Origin: Trichinella spiralis
Lineage: Eukaryota
Direction of reading: 5' to 3'
DNA: 64,000 nucleotides
Assembly (NCBI RefSeq): GCF_000181795.1
Contig: NW_003526944.1
Span: forward strand, 4,479,293-4,543,292
The position numbers were made by a program, and so were the translations under genes. This document shows, one piece after another, positions 25,488-38,702 of the stretch. The number at the start of each line of letters is the position of its first letter. Position 1 is the stretch's first letter. The notes beneath the pieces are model-generated. The model was given only the letters and a program-made list of their open reading frames with translations, did no database searches and had not been told where the DNA came from.

Positions 25488-28128
25488 GACAATGCTCGGC
25501 TAAGTTCTTCAAAAAGGATTTAATTTTATTAAAATAACACTTAAATACTAAAACAGTTTTTACTAGCATATACAAATACTTGATACTAAATAAAAAATCA
25601 AAAAAATATGCAATAATATATACATTTTTCGTCTGAAAAATAAAATATGAAAATCAACTACCTGTAGCACAAACAGAAGTGAATTAAGTACAAAATACAG
25701 AAAAACCGTAAAAATTTCCATACACATATACTGTAATAAAATTAATTTACAGGTACAAATCAAAGGCAAACGCTGATTCATACCTCTACTTACTTTCTAG
25801 TTCAAGATCCATGAATAGATGTTGGTGAAAATTTTACTTTCATATTTTTATTTCGAGTATTTTGTATGTTAACTGATCTAACCATTTCATTTTTAAATAA
25901 AACGTGATTACGTGTTACTGGAAAGCATAGTTGTTATAGTATGTTTTTTTCTCATATTTTTCATGCATTTTTTACTGTTATTGATAATCTTTATCATATA
26001 TAAACATCGTTTCCCAAGCAAATTCCCAAAATCAAAGTGACAATAAAAGTTAGCCAGAACAGACAGAGGACATTTCTGACCAACCAGTTCGAATCAAAAT
26101 TTAAATAATCCAATTACTCAATTATCGGAAATGTTCTGTTTTACTCAAAAGAAAGTAAAAGTAAAGATTTAAAATAAAATGAATAATTATTATGAAAAAA
26201 AAGGAAAGTAATAAATAAATAGATAACAACAACTGTTGCTATTTGAAATTTAAATTGCTCACTGTTATCATTTAAAATGTGCTTTCATAGGAAAAAACTT
26301 GTCCCTATTTATTCATTTAATTTTTTTTATTAGTTATTGATTTATGGGTGTAATTTTTAGCAACAGCATCCACGCTTTTTTTGATGATAAATTTCCATTT
26401 TGCATAGTTTAAAATCGGTGAAAAATGAAATTTTCAAAGAAGCTTGCACTTTTGAAAAATTGTGCAAGTTGTGCAAAATTGAATCATCAATTACATCCCC
26501 CTCTGACGGGGAAAAATTTTGCTCTGAAATTATTATTCTATTCGAAACGGAAAAAGTGTCAACTGACGAAGTCAGGAACTTCTTTTTCTTCAAGCACCAA
26601 CGAGCTGCACAAACAACTTCCTGTTGCAATCGAAGCATAACTCGGAAAGTTGTATTAAAATTAATTTCATAAAAATCCATATTTACTTTTTATTAAAAAA
26701 AAATAATTCTTTAATATTTGTTTAAACGTGATATTTGTTGGTTGGTTCATCTGTTGACTGATATTTGACAATGTTTTGTCTATTACGTAATGTTTGCCAT
26801 TGCAGTGAAAAGTGTCGAGAGAATATTTTTTTTCTCGTGAAATGAAAGTGAACAAAGGTTATTTATTCTGATCATACTTATTCTCTCGTTTGAAAATTGA
26901 ATAAAAATGCCAAAATTTTATTATATAAATAATAGAATCGCATAAAATTTCAAATTAACCGAAATATCGATTAAAAATAGAAAATTATTTTCAATAATAA
27001 TAATAATAATATGCTTGTTATAAAAAGAATAAAAAATATTTGAAAAATTAAGAAATTAAAGTATTTATTATATTTTAAAAGAGGTAATGATGATGATTGT
27101 TGTGATGCTTTTTCAAAGCAAAATTATTTATTTTCCAAGGAAGTAATTTGAATAATTAATGGTTGAAAGGAAAGGGCCAATTAAAAGAAAGAATGAAAAG
27201 CGGCTAAAGTAGAGAGAAACAAAAGCAATATGGCAGGCAGCAAGTGGGAAAAGCAGCTAATAATAAAATATGGGGGGTATTTTTGAACAACAATCCGGCA
27301 GTTGCATGCTGTCGTATGAAAAAGATGAAGAGCTGAAACAGTGGTTCCATTGGAGAATAGACACGAAATGGGAAAAAAGAAACAAATTTCAAAAGCATCG
27401 GTGCAAGCAAAATTGAAGCCAAAGTTGCATCACCGGCAAGATGAACAAAAAGCCCCTTGTCAAGCTTGAAGTTGAACATAAGCGAGCGGCTGTCGAAGAT
27501 GAAAAGCTCGAACAAGCTACACAACGTGGGCGCTGTGCTATAATGGAGGAGAAATAATGCTGACGAGAAAAACAGAAGAAGCAGAAAAGCGAAGACGAAA
27601 TGCGGCCGAAATGCGATCAGGGGTAACGCCGGCGGCTGGTCCAACGGCATCGGCGTTCCAGGGTCACTCGATATGACCTAACCTGTGGCCAGTTTCCATT
27701 TCGACCTTTACGAACTGAACAACTGCTGTTGTTTTTGGCCCCAAATTCGACAGCCCTGATATTGCCATTCTTTATCTCTTCTCTCCTCATTAAGTCAATT
27801 TTCTTTCTGTTCATCTGCTCGGCTTGATCGACATCACCTCTCTGCTTCTTCTCTCTTCATTTATCTCTCCATCAATCTTCTCCATCTCCATCTTCTTTCT
27901 CTCCTTTGTGCTTTTTTCATCTTCGGTCGCGTTTCCCAATTTTTCAAAATTCATATCTGTTTTTTTTGCTGTAATAAATTAAATTGTGATTTTGTTTGCT
28001 TTAGACGCCGAAACTTCTTATCTACACCAGCAAACCAATTTTGTTACAGTCGTCGCGGCAAAAAGTCGATTGATCATTTTCAACTTTACAAAAATAGTGC
28101 TTTTTTCCCAAGCTTTCGATTCCAACTG

Positions 28129-31100
28129 ATGCTTTTCGTTTGCTATTGCTTCTGTGCAATATTATTTGCACAGGTTGGGGCGGTGCCCAAGCAGAACTTT
28201 TATCCGTTCGGTCGACACCACGGTGATCATTTGTTGCCGCCCAACGACGACCAGAGCAGCGACGAGTTCCAACTGCTCGATTCGATTCATTTCTATGGAA
28301 AAGCATACAGAAGTGTTTATATCAACGAGAATGGCATGATCTCGTTCGACACCGACTTCAACAGTTACAGAACTGGAGAGTTGATTGATTTTGGACATCC
28401 GTTGATTGCCATTTTCTACGCCGACGTCGACATCAGCGGTCCACACGGTGGTCACGTATTCTACAGGTAAGTGAATCATCAAAAATTATGAATAAAAAAA
28501 TTTTTTTCTTATCTTCTTGTTTAAATTATTCTTATCAAATTTTAAGAACTAGCCAAGATCCGGAACTGTTGAAGACCAGCTCTGATTTGATTCGAAACAA
28601 ATTTCACTGGGATGCAAGTGATTACGAAGCCAAATCGTTGCTAATTGTCACTTGGGATAGAGTTGGCAGTTATCAGCGACACAATGATCGGGTAAGCAGA
28701 GATGTTTATTTGCTTCTTTTTGAAAGGAAAACTAAAATTTATGATCAATTAATCAACAACAAATTTCACGCATTTTAAATTGAAACTATGCAGTCAATAT
28801 TATATACTTTATTATCAAAAATGAAACAGCGTTTGAAATACAATCATCTTGGAACTTTAAAAAAATGCATATCTTTTAAAATTTAATTTTTTCACTTACA
28901 GTTTATTGTATTGTATATTGTTGTTTCAACTAAATTGTTTCCATTTACTGCCGTTCAGTAGAAGTAGCGTGTAGCTTTGTTTTCACTTTAAAACTCTCTA
29001 TGCTGCTTTTGGAAAAACAAAACTCCAATTTAAATTGAAAAATTATGAATTTGATCAGCTCAGGATTTTTAATCAATCAGAAATTTATGATGATAACTTT
29101 TAAAAATACGCGTAAAATTGTCTCAAAATGATCTTATTTTTATCTCCTGCAAAAAAGAAAAATACAAAGATCAAAAAATATAACAAATCACATTAGATCA
29201 CACAATCTGAAGTGCTCGAAAATTTATGATAGCTCAATTTGATCGTTTCAAGTTATCAAAAATGATTAATCTTTTTTTTGTTTTGTTCTGTTCAGGTCAA
29301 TTCATTTCAACTGGTCATTAGTAGCAATGAAACGACAAGCTATGCGCAGTTTTTGTATGCCGATGATGAAATTCAGTGGATCAAATCAACCGATAAACAT
29401 CCCCATGGAGGCAATCAAATTGCACGAGCTGTATTTGTCGCTGCAGAGGATAAAATTTACGCCTTGCCAGAATCATATTCTAAAAGGATGTTCGACATAA
29501 ACAAGTATTGGATTTTTTAAGAGAAAAAAATTCTTTTTAAGAGACTATCCTTTAGGGAAACCAACGTCGCTTTGCCAGGAGTATTTCTGTACCGCATTTC
29601 TGAATCTACAATTGTCAATCCTCAAGAAGATGATGAGGAAGCTGACGACTATTATCCATACGATCCGTCTGAATACGAAGACGGTGAACCTCTTGAATAT
29701 ACGGAAAATAATGAAGAACAAAAACTTGGTAACAGACAATAATTAACGAAGAATTTTTTGAGAGGAGGAAAATTATAATCCATTTAGAAGAAGAAAGCGA
29801 TGAGATGGAACAAGCTGGATTAATGTGCCCTGATAATTTTCATGGAGATTCTTGTCCTGAAAATTGTCACCTTATCCAAGAAAAATATTGTCAACGGTGT
29901 CATTGTCCTCAAGGTAAAAACTCTTTCCTTTTCATTTATTCTACTTATCGGAAGTTTCAAACATTTTCAGACGTGGAAGATCACACTTCAACCCCACCTA
30001 CAGGCAGTAGGGACAGTTATGGAAAATCTGTTGACCACTGCCTTTATGTTGGTCCGCATGCTTGCCATGCAAACGCTGAATGCGTCAATTACCAAGATGG
30101 CTTTTGTTGCCGATGTAAACTCGGCTTTATAGGAAACGGGGTGGACTGTTTATCCGAAAGTAAGCAGCATATTCAACAAGTTCATGAAAATGAATATTAT
30201 TCAACATAATAATAATATATCCGTTTAAACAAGAACAAACAAAGAAAAAACTTACTACTGTAAAATTGTAGATGAAGCCCAACGAATCAGCGGTCGTGTT
30301 TCTGGTCGTCTGAATGACGTGGACATTGTCGATTCAGAACTGCACACCTACGCAGTTTTGGAAGACGGTCGTACCTACACAGCTATTTCAAGAATACCGG
30401 AAAAAATCGGTTCTTCAATGTTATTTTTAAATACACTCGGTTCGATCATGGGCTGGCTGTTCTCGAAACCAACAAACCAATCTGTTGAAAATGGATTCAC
30501 AATGACTGGTAAGATGAAAAAGCACATTTAATTATTAATAATTTAAAAAATATTATCGATAATCAATAAATAAATACTTCGTTCAGGAGGAAGATTGAAC
30601 AGAACAGTAACAGTTCACGTCGCTGACCAGCATACTGTAACTATACAGCAAGATTTTTCTGGCCAAGACAATCACGGATACTTGAAGACGAACGTTTTCA
30701 TCGCTGGCACTGTTCCTCATCTGCCACCAAGTACAACAGTTGATTTTGGAGAACATTACGAAGAATTCAACCGAGTCGAACCAGGCAAGACTGACTGATA
30801 TTACAATTTCAACATTTGACATTTTTTTTTCAAGACAACAGTATTTTTCAGGAGTAGTGAAATCATATTCAAATTTATTAGTTACGGCTGGAAATGAGCG
30901 CTATTCAGTGATTGTTGATCAGACAATCCGATTCGATCAGTCTTGTCCATTTCTGCATGTTCAGACTGGCAGTCGATCATTGTTGAAACAGGATCGCAGC
31001 TATGTGGTATACGAAACAGCCGAACAAATGGTTCGCTATGCTGCTGGCAATTCACTCGAACCACCCGGCTGTAATATTAATAAATAAACAAGTAAAATTT

Positions 31101-34100
31101 TTATCTTCCTGTTTCAAATTTCCTTTTTACAGATCAACGTGAAAATCCATGCCAAGAAGGTGCTCATGATTGTACAGGACCTCATGTTGTATGCGTACCG
31201 GAAAATCAAAGATACAGATGTGCTTGTGAAGATGGCTATCAAATGCAATATGGCAGAGAAAACAGTCTTGTTTGCATTGGTGAAAATGATTTAAAATCCA
31301 GAACATCCTGTTTTATGAAAAGAAAATTATTTTTAAATTAAGATTTGGATGAGTGCAGTCATGGAATGCATCGATGTGATATAAATGCCAACTGCATAAA
31401 CATGGAAGGTGGATATTCTTGTCAGTGTCTACCAGGATTTTATGGAGATGGATATCAGTGTTCAGGTAAAAAAATACTGCTTCGAATAGCTTTTCCAAAT
31501 CGCTTTCTGCCAGAGCTTTGCTAATCAATCGTTTGGGAAAAGTGACAGGTTTTATTAATAGTGTAAAAGGATTTTTTCACTTGTTCTTCATAAAATTAAT
31601 AATGAAATAATTTTCACCATTTCATCTTCGAACTTCTTAAACGTCTTAATTCAATATTGAACAATTGCACTGATATGTCACAAAATTCCAACGCTTGCTT
31701 GGCCAGTATGCTTTAGCCGATGTAGAGCTTGTGCTTTCGCTGTAGAACAACTGATTTGCGGCATGAAAATTTGCAATACAAACGCGGATTGTTTGTTGGA
31801 CCATGCAACTCGCTTACCTCGTTGCGTCTGCCGACCTGGCTTCGTAGGTGATGGTGTGTCGTGTACTTTGATCGGTAAAGAAATGATGACCGTCGATCTC
31901 CGACTGCCGGGTAAAATATGCTTTCAGCTGTGATGGATAAAAAATTTTCCCAATTCTCTTCCCTCGCTAATCCACCACCCCTCCGCTTTTTTTTGAGCAT
32001 TAGGCTTTCGCTTGGCGGTCTTTGCTGTGCTTGCAACGCTGACATACACTTTGACATCATCCGTTTGTTTGTTTGTTTTTTTTGCTCCTTTACAGGCCAA
32101 CAACCATCATCTGATCCTTGCGATCAAGTGCGCTGTCATGATCAGGCAGAATGTACAGTAGACGAAAACCACGTGGCTAGATGCTATTGCAAATCTGGCT
32201 ATCAAGGCGATGGTTACAGTTGTGAAATTGTATCCTACGAAACAGGAAGTCGAGATAACGACTGTGAGAAATTGCAGTGTGGAACAAATGCTCAGTGCAG
32301 CTTGGATCAAAATGGAATTGCACGCTGTTTTTGCATACACGGATTTGAAGGAGACGGTTATTATTGCAAGCCAATCACTTGCGAACGAATTCAGTGCAGT
32401 GCTGACGCAGAATGTCATTACACTACAAATGGTGTAGCTCAGTGTGTTTGTAAAGACGGCTATGAAGGTGATGGATTTCACTGTCAGCGTAAATTACAAA
32501 CAACGGAAACATATCCCAAAGAATGTTTGCAGTTCATCTGCGGCAAGAATGCAGAATGTCGACTTAATCATCAAGGGAATCCTGGTTGTTACTGTAAAGA
32601 AGGTTTTGAAAGAGATGGTGTACACTGCAGGCAAGCTGGTTTGGACAGCACGACACCCACATTTTCTTGTGAAAATATTCGCTGCGGTGAAAACGCCCAG
32701 TGTTACCGCGACTACACTGGCGTCGCCAATTGTTATTGCAACCGTGGTTACGAAGGAGACGGGTATCAGTGTCGACCTGTAGAAGCAGAACAGCGTGATC
32801 AGTGTGACCAAATCAACTGTGGACCGAATGCCTTTTGCAAAATTGATCGTGCCACTTCAGAGCCTACTTGTCATTGTGAATCTGGATATCAGCGGGATGG
32901 AGATATTTGCAAGCTTGTTGATGACCGCCAAGAGCAGCCTGGTATTAAGTTGAAAAAAAATGCTCCGTGAAAAAATGACATTTGAAAAGCAAAGGGAATG
33001 AAGGTTTTTTGTTGAATTTACTGGGATCTGATTTTTAGGCAATCTGTGCCGTTCGCATCAGGACTGCAGTGAACACGGCCATTGCACGTATAACGATGCA
33101 ATAGAAGCATACCAGTGCCAGTGTAGACCACCATATTCTGGTGACGGTATTCACTGCTTTTTAGAAGCTGGTAAAATTTTTGTGAATTATTCCTCCTATT
33201 TTTGAACATCTGTAACAATCATAGAAACTTGCGAACATGCAAGAAATTGCCATCCAGATGCGGACTGTGTTTTTGAGCAGCATGAAACTGGTGGAGGCTA
33301 TCGATGCCGATGCCGCAAAGGTTTCAGCGGAAATGGATATCAGTGCCAACCGTTGGAAAGTGTTGGTCGGGAATTGCTCTTCAACATATTAAAATATTTC
33401 TATTCTTACTTTACATCTTTCAGCTGCTGCAGAAATCCAGTGCAATGTCTTAAACACGTGCCATCCAAACGCTCAGTGCGTATTCGATTCAAATTCCAGG
33501 CGGTACGTCTGTCAATGTCAGCAAGGCTTCACAGGAGATGGCTACAATTGTCAAGAAACGTCTCGATCTGAAGAAAAAGGTAATAAGCTTTTCCAAATGA
33601 TAAAAGAAGACAAATTCGAGCAATCTTCATTAAAACAGAAAAGAATCCACTTGACATTTATTCAATGACATTTTTTATTCGTTTATAGCCATGCACCCTT
33701 GCCAAAGTGCTGACGACTGCCATGTTAATGCGCACTGTGTAAATGTTCCCAGTTCACCTGATCAATACTTATGCGAATGCTTACCGGGATTCAGAGGTGA
33801 TGGGTTGAATATCTGCGAACCGGCCGGTAATACATTTCTATTTTTTTTTCAAGTTGAATGCCTAGAGAAAAATAGACAAATTAAATCACTTCAATCATAT
33901 TTGTTTTCGTAGACGAATGCAATCCCGGAGCACAACCAACAGGTTGCGCTGAACAAGCAGCTTGCTTGTACGACAACAACGAACAAGCTTACAAATGTCG
34001 CTGCTTGCAAGGGTATGCAGGTGATGGTAAAACTTGCACAATAGAACGAAGTAAAAATTCAAATACAGCGCTTCATGCTTACCACTTTTCATGACAATTG

Positions 34101-35987
34101 CACAATTGCAGCACAAGACTGTTCATTTGATCCATCACTTTGCCATCGTGATGCTGAATGTTTGTTTGAACACGAACGGTCAATGCACATATGCCAATGT
34201 CGACCAGGTTTTCTAGGAGATGGTTATTATTCCTGTCAATTACAAAGCAGTAAGCAAAAAAAATACATTTTATCAGAAAAAACCCTTAATTTATTATCAA
34301 ACTGATTTCTAATTTGCTTAGGTGAATCTTGCGTCGTGCAAAATTTGTGCGATCCTCAAGCTCGATGCGTACCAAACGAACGAGGTACTGATTTCCACTG
34401 CGTATGTAATGCAGGTTACGAAGGCGACGGATTTACCTGCAATCGAATCACCGGTACAGCATTTTTACATCGCATAAAATGATTATTTTAATAATTTTCT
34501 TCTTGTTCACGAAGACTGTTCGCGTGATACTAATATCTGCGACGAGAATGCGGTTTGCGTTTCGGAAAATCTTCGCCATGTATGCCGATGCAAGCCAGGT
34601 TACCATGGCAGTGGCTTCATTTGTAGCTGTGAGTTTTATGGCCAAACATTTGAAGCTGTACAGAAGGAAAAAATTTTTCATTTTGAAATAATTTTCAGCC
34701 GATTCCAGAGTACGAGGAAGAGCTTTGGTATTTTCCCAAGGCATGTCTTTAGTGCAACGCGGCCTCTTACCGGATGATTATGGCAAACAGTTGATAGTTG
34801 TACCTTTCCAAATTGCAGTTGGCGTCGACTACGACTGCCAGGACGATAAAATCTATTGGACAGATGTTAGTGGCCACAGCGTACATTCATCTAATTTAGA
34901 TGGTTCTAATGTAACAACATTATTCGACACTGGTATTATTCTTCGGAATGTAGAAAGAATGAATGAAATATGTTTTAATGAATTTCTTTTTTTTTTTCTT
35001 TTCTCTTTATTTTAAATAGATATCGTTTCTCCAGAAGGCATCGTAATAGATTCATTAAATCGCAACCTCTATTACACTGATTCCATTCGAGATGAAATTG
35101 TTGTTTCCTCTTTGAGAGGAAATCACAGGGTAGCTATCATTAAAGATGGCTTGGTTAATCCTCGCGCACTAGCTCTGGATCCTATAGACAGGTAACAAAA
35201 AAATTAATTATAAAAAATATTTTTCTACTTTTTTTCTTGATTTTCTTCAAATTCAACAAATTCTTTTCTGTAGAAAGTTGTACTACTCAGATTGGCATCG
35301 TGAAAAGCCGGTAATTGGTCGATTAAATTTGGATGGAACTGCACGTGAATTATTCGTCACTTCAAACATTGCCCTTCCAAATGGTCTTGTTGTTCTGAAC
35401 AGACGGCGAGAGTTGTGCTGGGCTGATGCAGGTATTTTTTTTTCAAAATATTGCTATTGTTGTGTTAAGTTATAAAAATTTACATCCACAGGTACTCAGC
35501 GACTAGAATGCATTGGCCTGAACGGTGGTGGAAGGCACGTCATCTTTGCACCACTAGGATATCCATTTGGATTGACGGCACATAATGAAGAAACTTTCTA
35601 CTGGACTGACTGGGAAGAGTATGTTCTTCTTCTGTAATTCTTTTACACTAAAATCATACAATGGGTTAATTTTTCTTTTCAGTAAACGCATACATTCTGT
35701 GAACATTTATGGACAAGATCATCATTCTATGGAAGCAGCTGTAGGTGCAAGTGGTAAACTGTACGGAATAGTGGCTATACCTACCCAATGTTTTCCAGGT
35801 TAGTTTACTAAAAAAACATATATTTATGTATAAATTGCAATATTTGATTGTACATGCAGGAGAATCACCTTGTATGTTCAATAATGGTGGCTGTCGTTAT
35901 GTATGCACACCGGATCATCGGGGTGCTCGACGCTGTCTATGTCCAAACGATGTATCGGAAGTAGAATGTAATCAAGTTTTCAGATAA
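28129..35987 (+). CDS. nid-1: Nidogen/entactin: signal peptide, NIDO, acidic linker, EGF, G2F, about 17 EGF rod repeats, YWTD propeller, terminal EGF
   Basis: NIDO motifs (YINENGMISF, IAIFYADVD, NSFQLVISS), G2 motif (LHTYAVLEDGRTYTAIS), tandem EGFs, and IYWTD/LYYTD/YYSDW/FYWTDW repeats. Stop TAA at 35985-35987. Confidence 0.96.
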
Positions 35988-36331
35988 AGATTTGGCCAAA
36001 CAGTGTAAAAGATTCCAACATTTAATTCTGCCCATTTGAATAATTTTTCTTTCATATCCAACATGCAGATATGATTTTTATTACTGACAAAATATCAGGC
36101 CATTTTCATAATGCTACATCGACTGTAGTTTCTCATTTAAAAAGAATAAATTACATTTCCTTTTTTCAAAAAAAAGATTACAACAAAATAACTTAAACAT
36201 GCATAATACATAATCCCTGAAAAATGCAAGTTTGCATAATTTACATAATATAAAAAATGACTAATAACAAATTCATTTTTATTTAAATAAATACAAAAAA
36301 TGAAACAACATTCTCATATCTTACTGATGAG

Positions 36332-37509
36332 TTACCGGGTGGTGAGCTCATTCAATGTATTTGTCACATTCATTGCTGCACTTTCAAGCAAAGAACACGT
36401 TGTATGAATGCCTTGGAGTAACGTCGCGTTGGACTGCATTGCGAAATCTTGAAATGTTTTATTACTGAACGAATCCACTTCTTCAGATGTCAAAATTCGA
36501 CCGTCCACTACACATGCTTTAAAAAGAAAAAAAACAATCGCGACAGTAAGCATTTTTTTAAATATCACCCAACTACTCTTTTTACCCAACAATTTTAACC
36601 ATTGAACTGATTTCAATTCTTCTGTTAGATTAACCAACTTTTCTGGATGATCAGAAAGTAAAATTTGATTTTTCGAACAAAACAACGGTGCCAAATTGGC
36701 TAATGACGTGCCTTTGATTATATGCTGCATCACGCGGTTGTTGTAAACTTTTGTTTGAAAACCATTATGTGAAAGTCTTCAAATAGCCATTAGAAATGTA
36801 CAAATAATAAAACAGTAGTACCTCATGCAATCAATATGAACACGCCTTCCTTTAGCCGGAAAAACATGACAAATAGCTAACAACCGAGCACGCCGAAGTT
36901 TCTGCCGTATACAATTCGCCAGTGCAGCTTCAATAGGCGATAACTGCAAATATTACGTGAAATCAAAGAAATGTGGTGAAATCATGCATTTAAAACTGAA
37001 AAAAATTCCGAACAAAATTAATCAACAATTAAATTAGCAAAAAAAGTAAAATTCTTGTAAAAATTTACAAATTTGATAATCATGATAAAAATTGGAAATA
37101 CCCACCCATAAATCAAACTGCTGAAAACAGATAATAGGACATACTGAATTGGCATATTTAAAATAACAAGTGACGAAAAAAATCATTCGCGGCGGGATAC
37201 ATTACACAAAATTTTAATTACCTTCTGCAAATTTTCCTGCCGTTGTTTCTCGTATTCTGGCAGCTTACACTGTTTACGCTTGGCCAAAAGTACAAGCGGA
37301 TCTTCGGTAACAGGCTTCGCTACTTCATCAAAAATTCGACGAACAAAATGTCTAGGCGACGGCTTCGTAACTTTTACACCATAATTTGACGTCGTCGCAT
37401 GAAAACAACGTACCAGAACTTGGAAAAAAATTAGAAAAAATCAAGAAATAGAAATGGTTGATTTTAACATACAAACCAAATTAATCATAAATGCACCCAT
37501 AATGTTCAT
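36332..37509 (-). CDS. MRPL10: Mitochondrial ribosomal protein L10 (uL10m), multi-exon
   Basis: Presequence-like N-terminus, then YGVKVTKPSPRHFVRR, KVYNNRVMQHIIKGTSLANLAPLF and ACVVDGRILT. Start codon inferred. Confidence 0.8.
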
Positions 37510-38702
37510 ATTACATAAATATTTTAGATTCATTAATATTTATCGCTCAGATGCTCCAAATATGATAAATAAAGCAATAGTGTTTCTTCACAATAACAGT
37601 TGCTATAATTAAAGTAACTACTGAATTAACAAAAGCTGTTAAAGCAGTTTAGTAATCTGAAACATAACTAGAAAAGCTGGTGCTGCGGTTCATTCCTAAT
37701 GCATTTAAATCAAAATGTTCAGATTTAAGACAAACAGAAATTAGAGGCATGTTAAATTACTGCCTGCCAGCAAGTAAAACCTACATTTGCATTTACAACA
37801 AATTGCAAAATGTAATAATTATATGTTTTATTACTGATGTGCAAATTCAATCAAACAAATATCATTATTTCAAAATAATTTACGATTTTTCAATAAAATA
37901 TATCTGCTCTCTGTTTCAAAATTCTCTTGGTAAATGTTTGCTCAAATTAGTTAAACAAAACACTTAAGACAAACTTAAGACACTTAAGACTTAACGTTCT
38001 ACTACCCACAAAAATAGAACTTTATAAAATATTTACCTCTAAAACATAAATTATACATTTCCCGAAATTTATAGATAATAGCGTAATACAGTATAAAATA
38101 AAGCAAGTTGAATTATAATTTGTATGTTTCATATTTATCATCATATGGCAACAAAAAATAATTATATAAAAAAACTAATTATAAATTATAACTATAAGGA
38201 ATTATAAATATAACTAAAAAAATGTTTAATCAAATTTTAAACTAAGTTGCATATTACCTAATTTTTTGTATACTGTAGCCTATAATTAGAATTATGCCAT
38301 ATTTCCATGTAAGATTGAAAGTTACTGGAATAAAAATTGCATTGCTTTAAAACAATTCCAATAAAGTAATTTTCAAAATTTTATAAATTTGAAATAAAAA
38401 AAGAAGAAAATTCAAAATTGCGTGCTTTGTCTGAAAAATTGAAAATGACTTATTTAAACCGTAATTTACACTGATATGCAACTTTACTGGTAATTCTTTT
38501 TAAATCAAGAAAACATTGCACAACATGGCACTTGATGCAAAAACTTACTATTAAATAAATTTTATAGTCTTTTTTCAAAGTCTGATTAAGATATTTTGTT
38601 CGTCAACCTGTTTGTCAATAGTGTAAGTTTCATTTTAAAGTACTTGATTTATTAGAAGTACCGTAACAAAGGCAAGAACTGTTTTTGACTTGGTATTACT
38701 AT

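Noticed and set aside
26357..27650. ORFs of 90-148 aa between EXOC5 and nidogen
   Set aside because: No recognisable domain; consistent with composition-driven ORFs in purine/pyrimidine-skewed promoter DNA.
37961..37994. (ACTTAAG) short tandem repeat in the MRPL10/SMC5 divergent promoter
   Set aside because: Only 3-4 imperfect units; simple slippage is a sufficient explanation.
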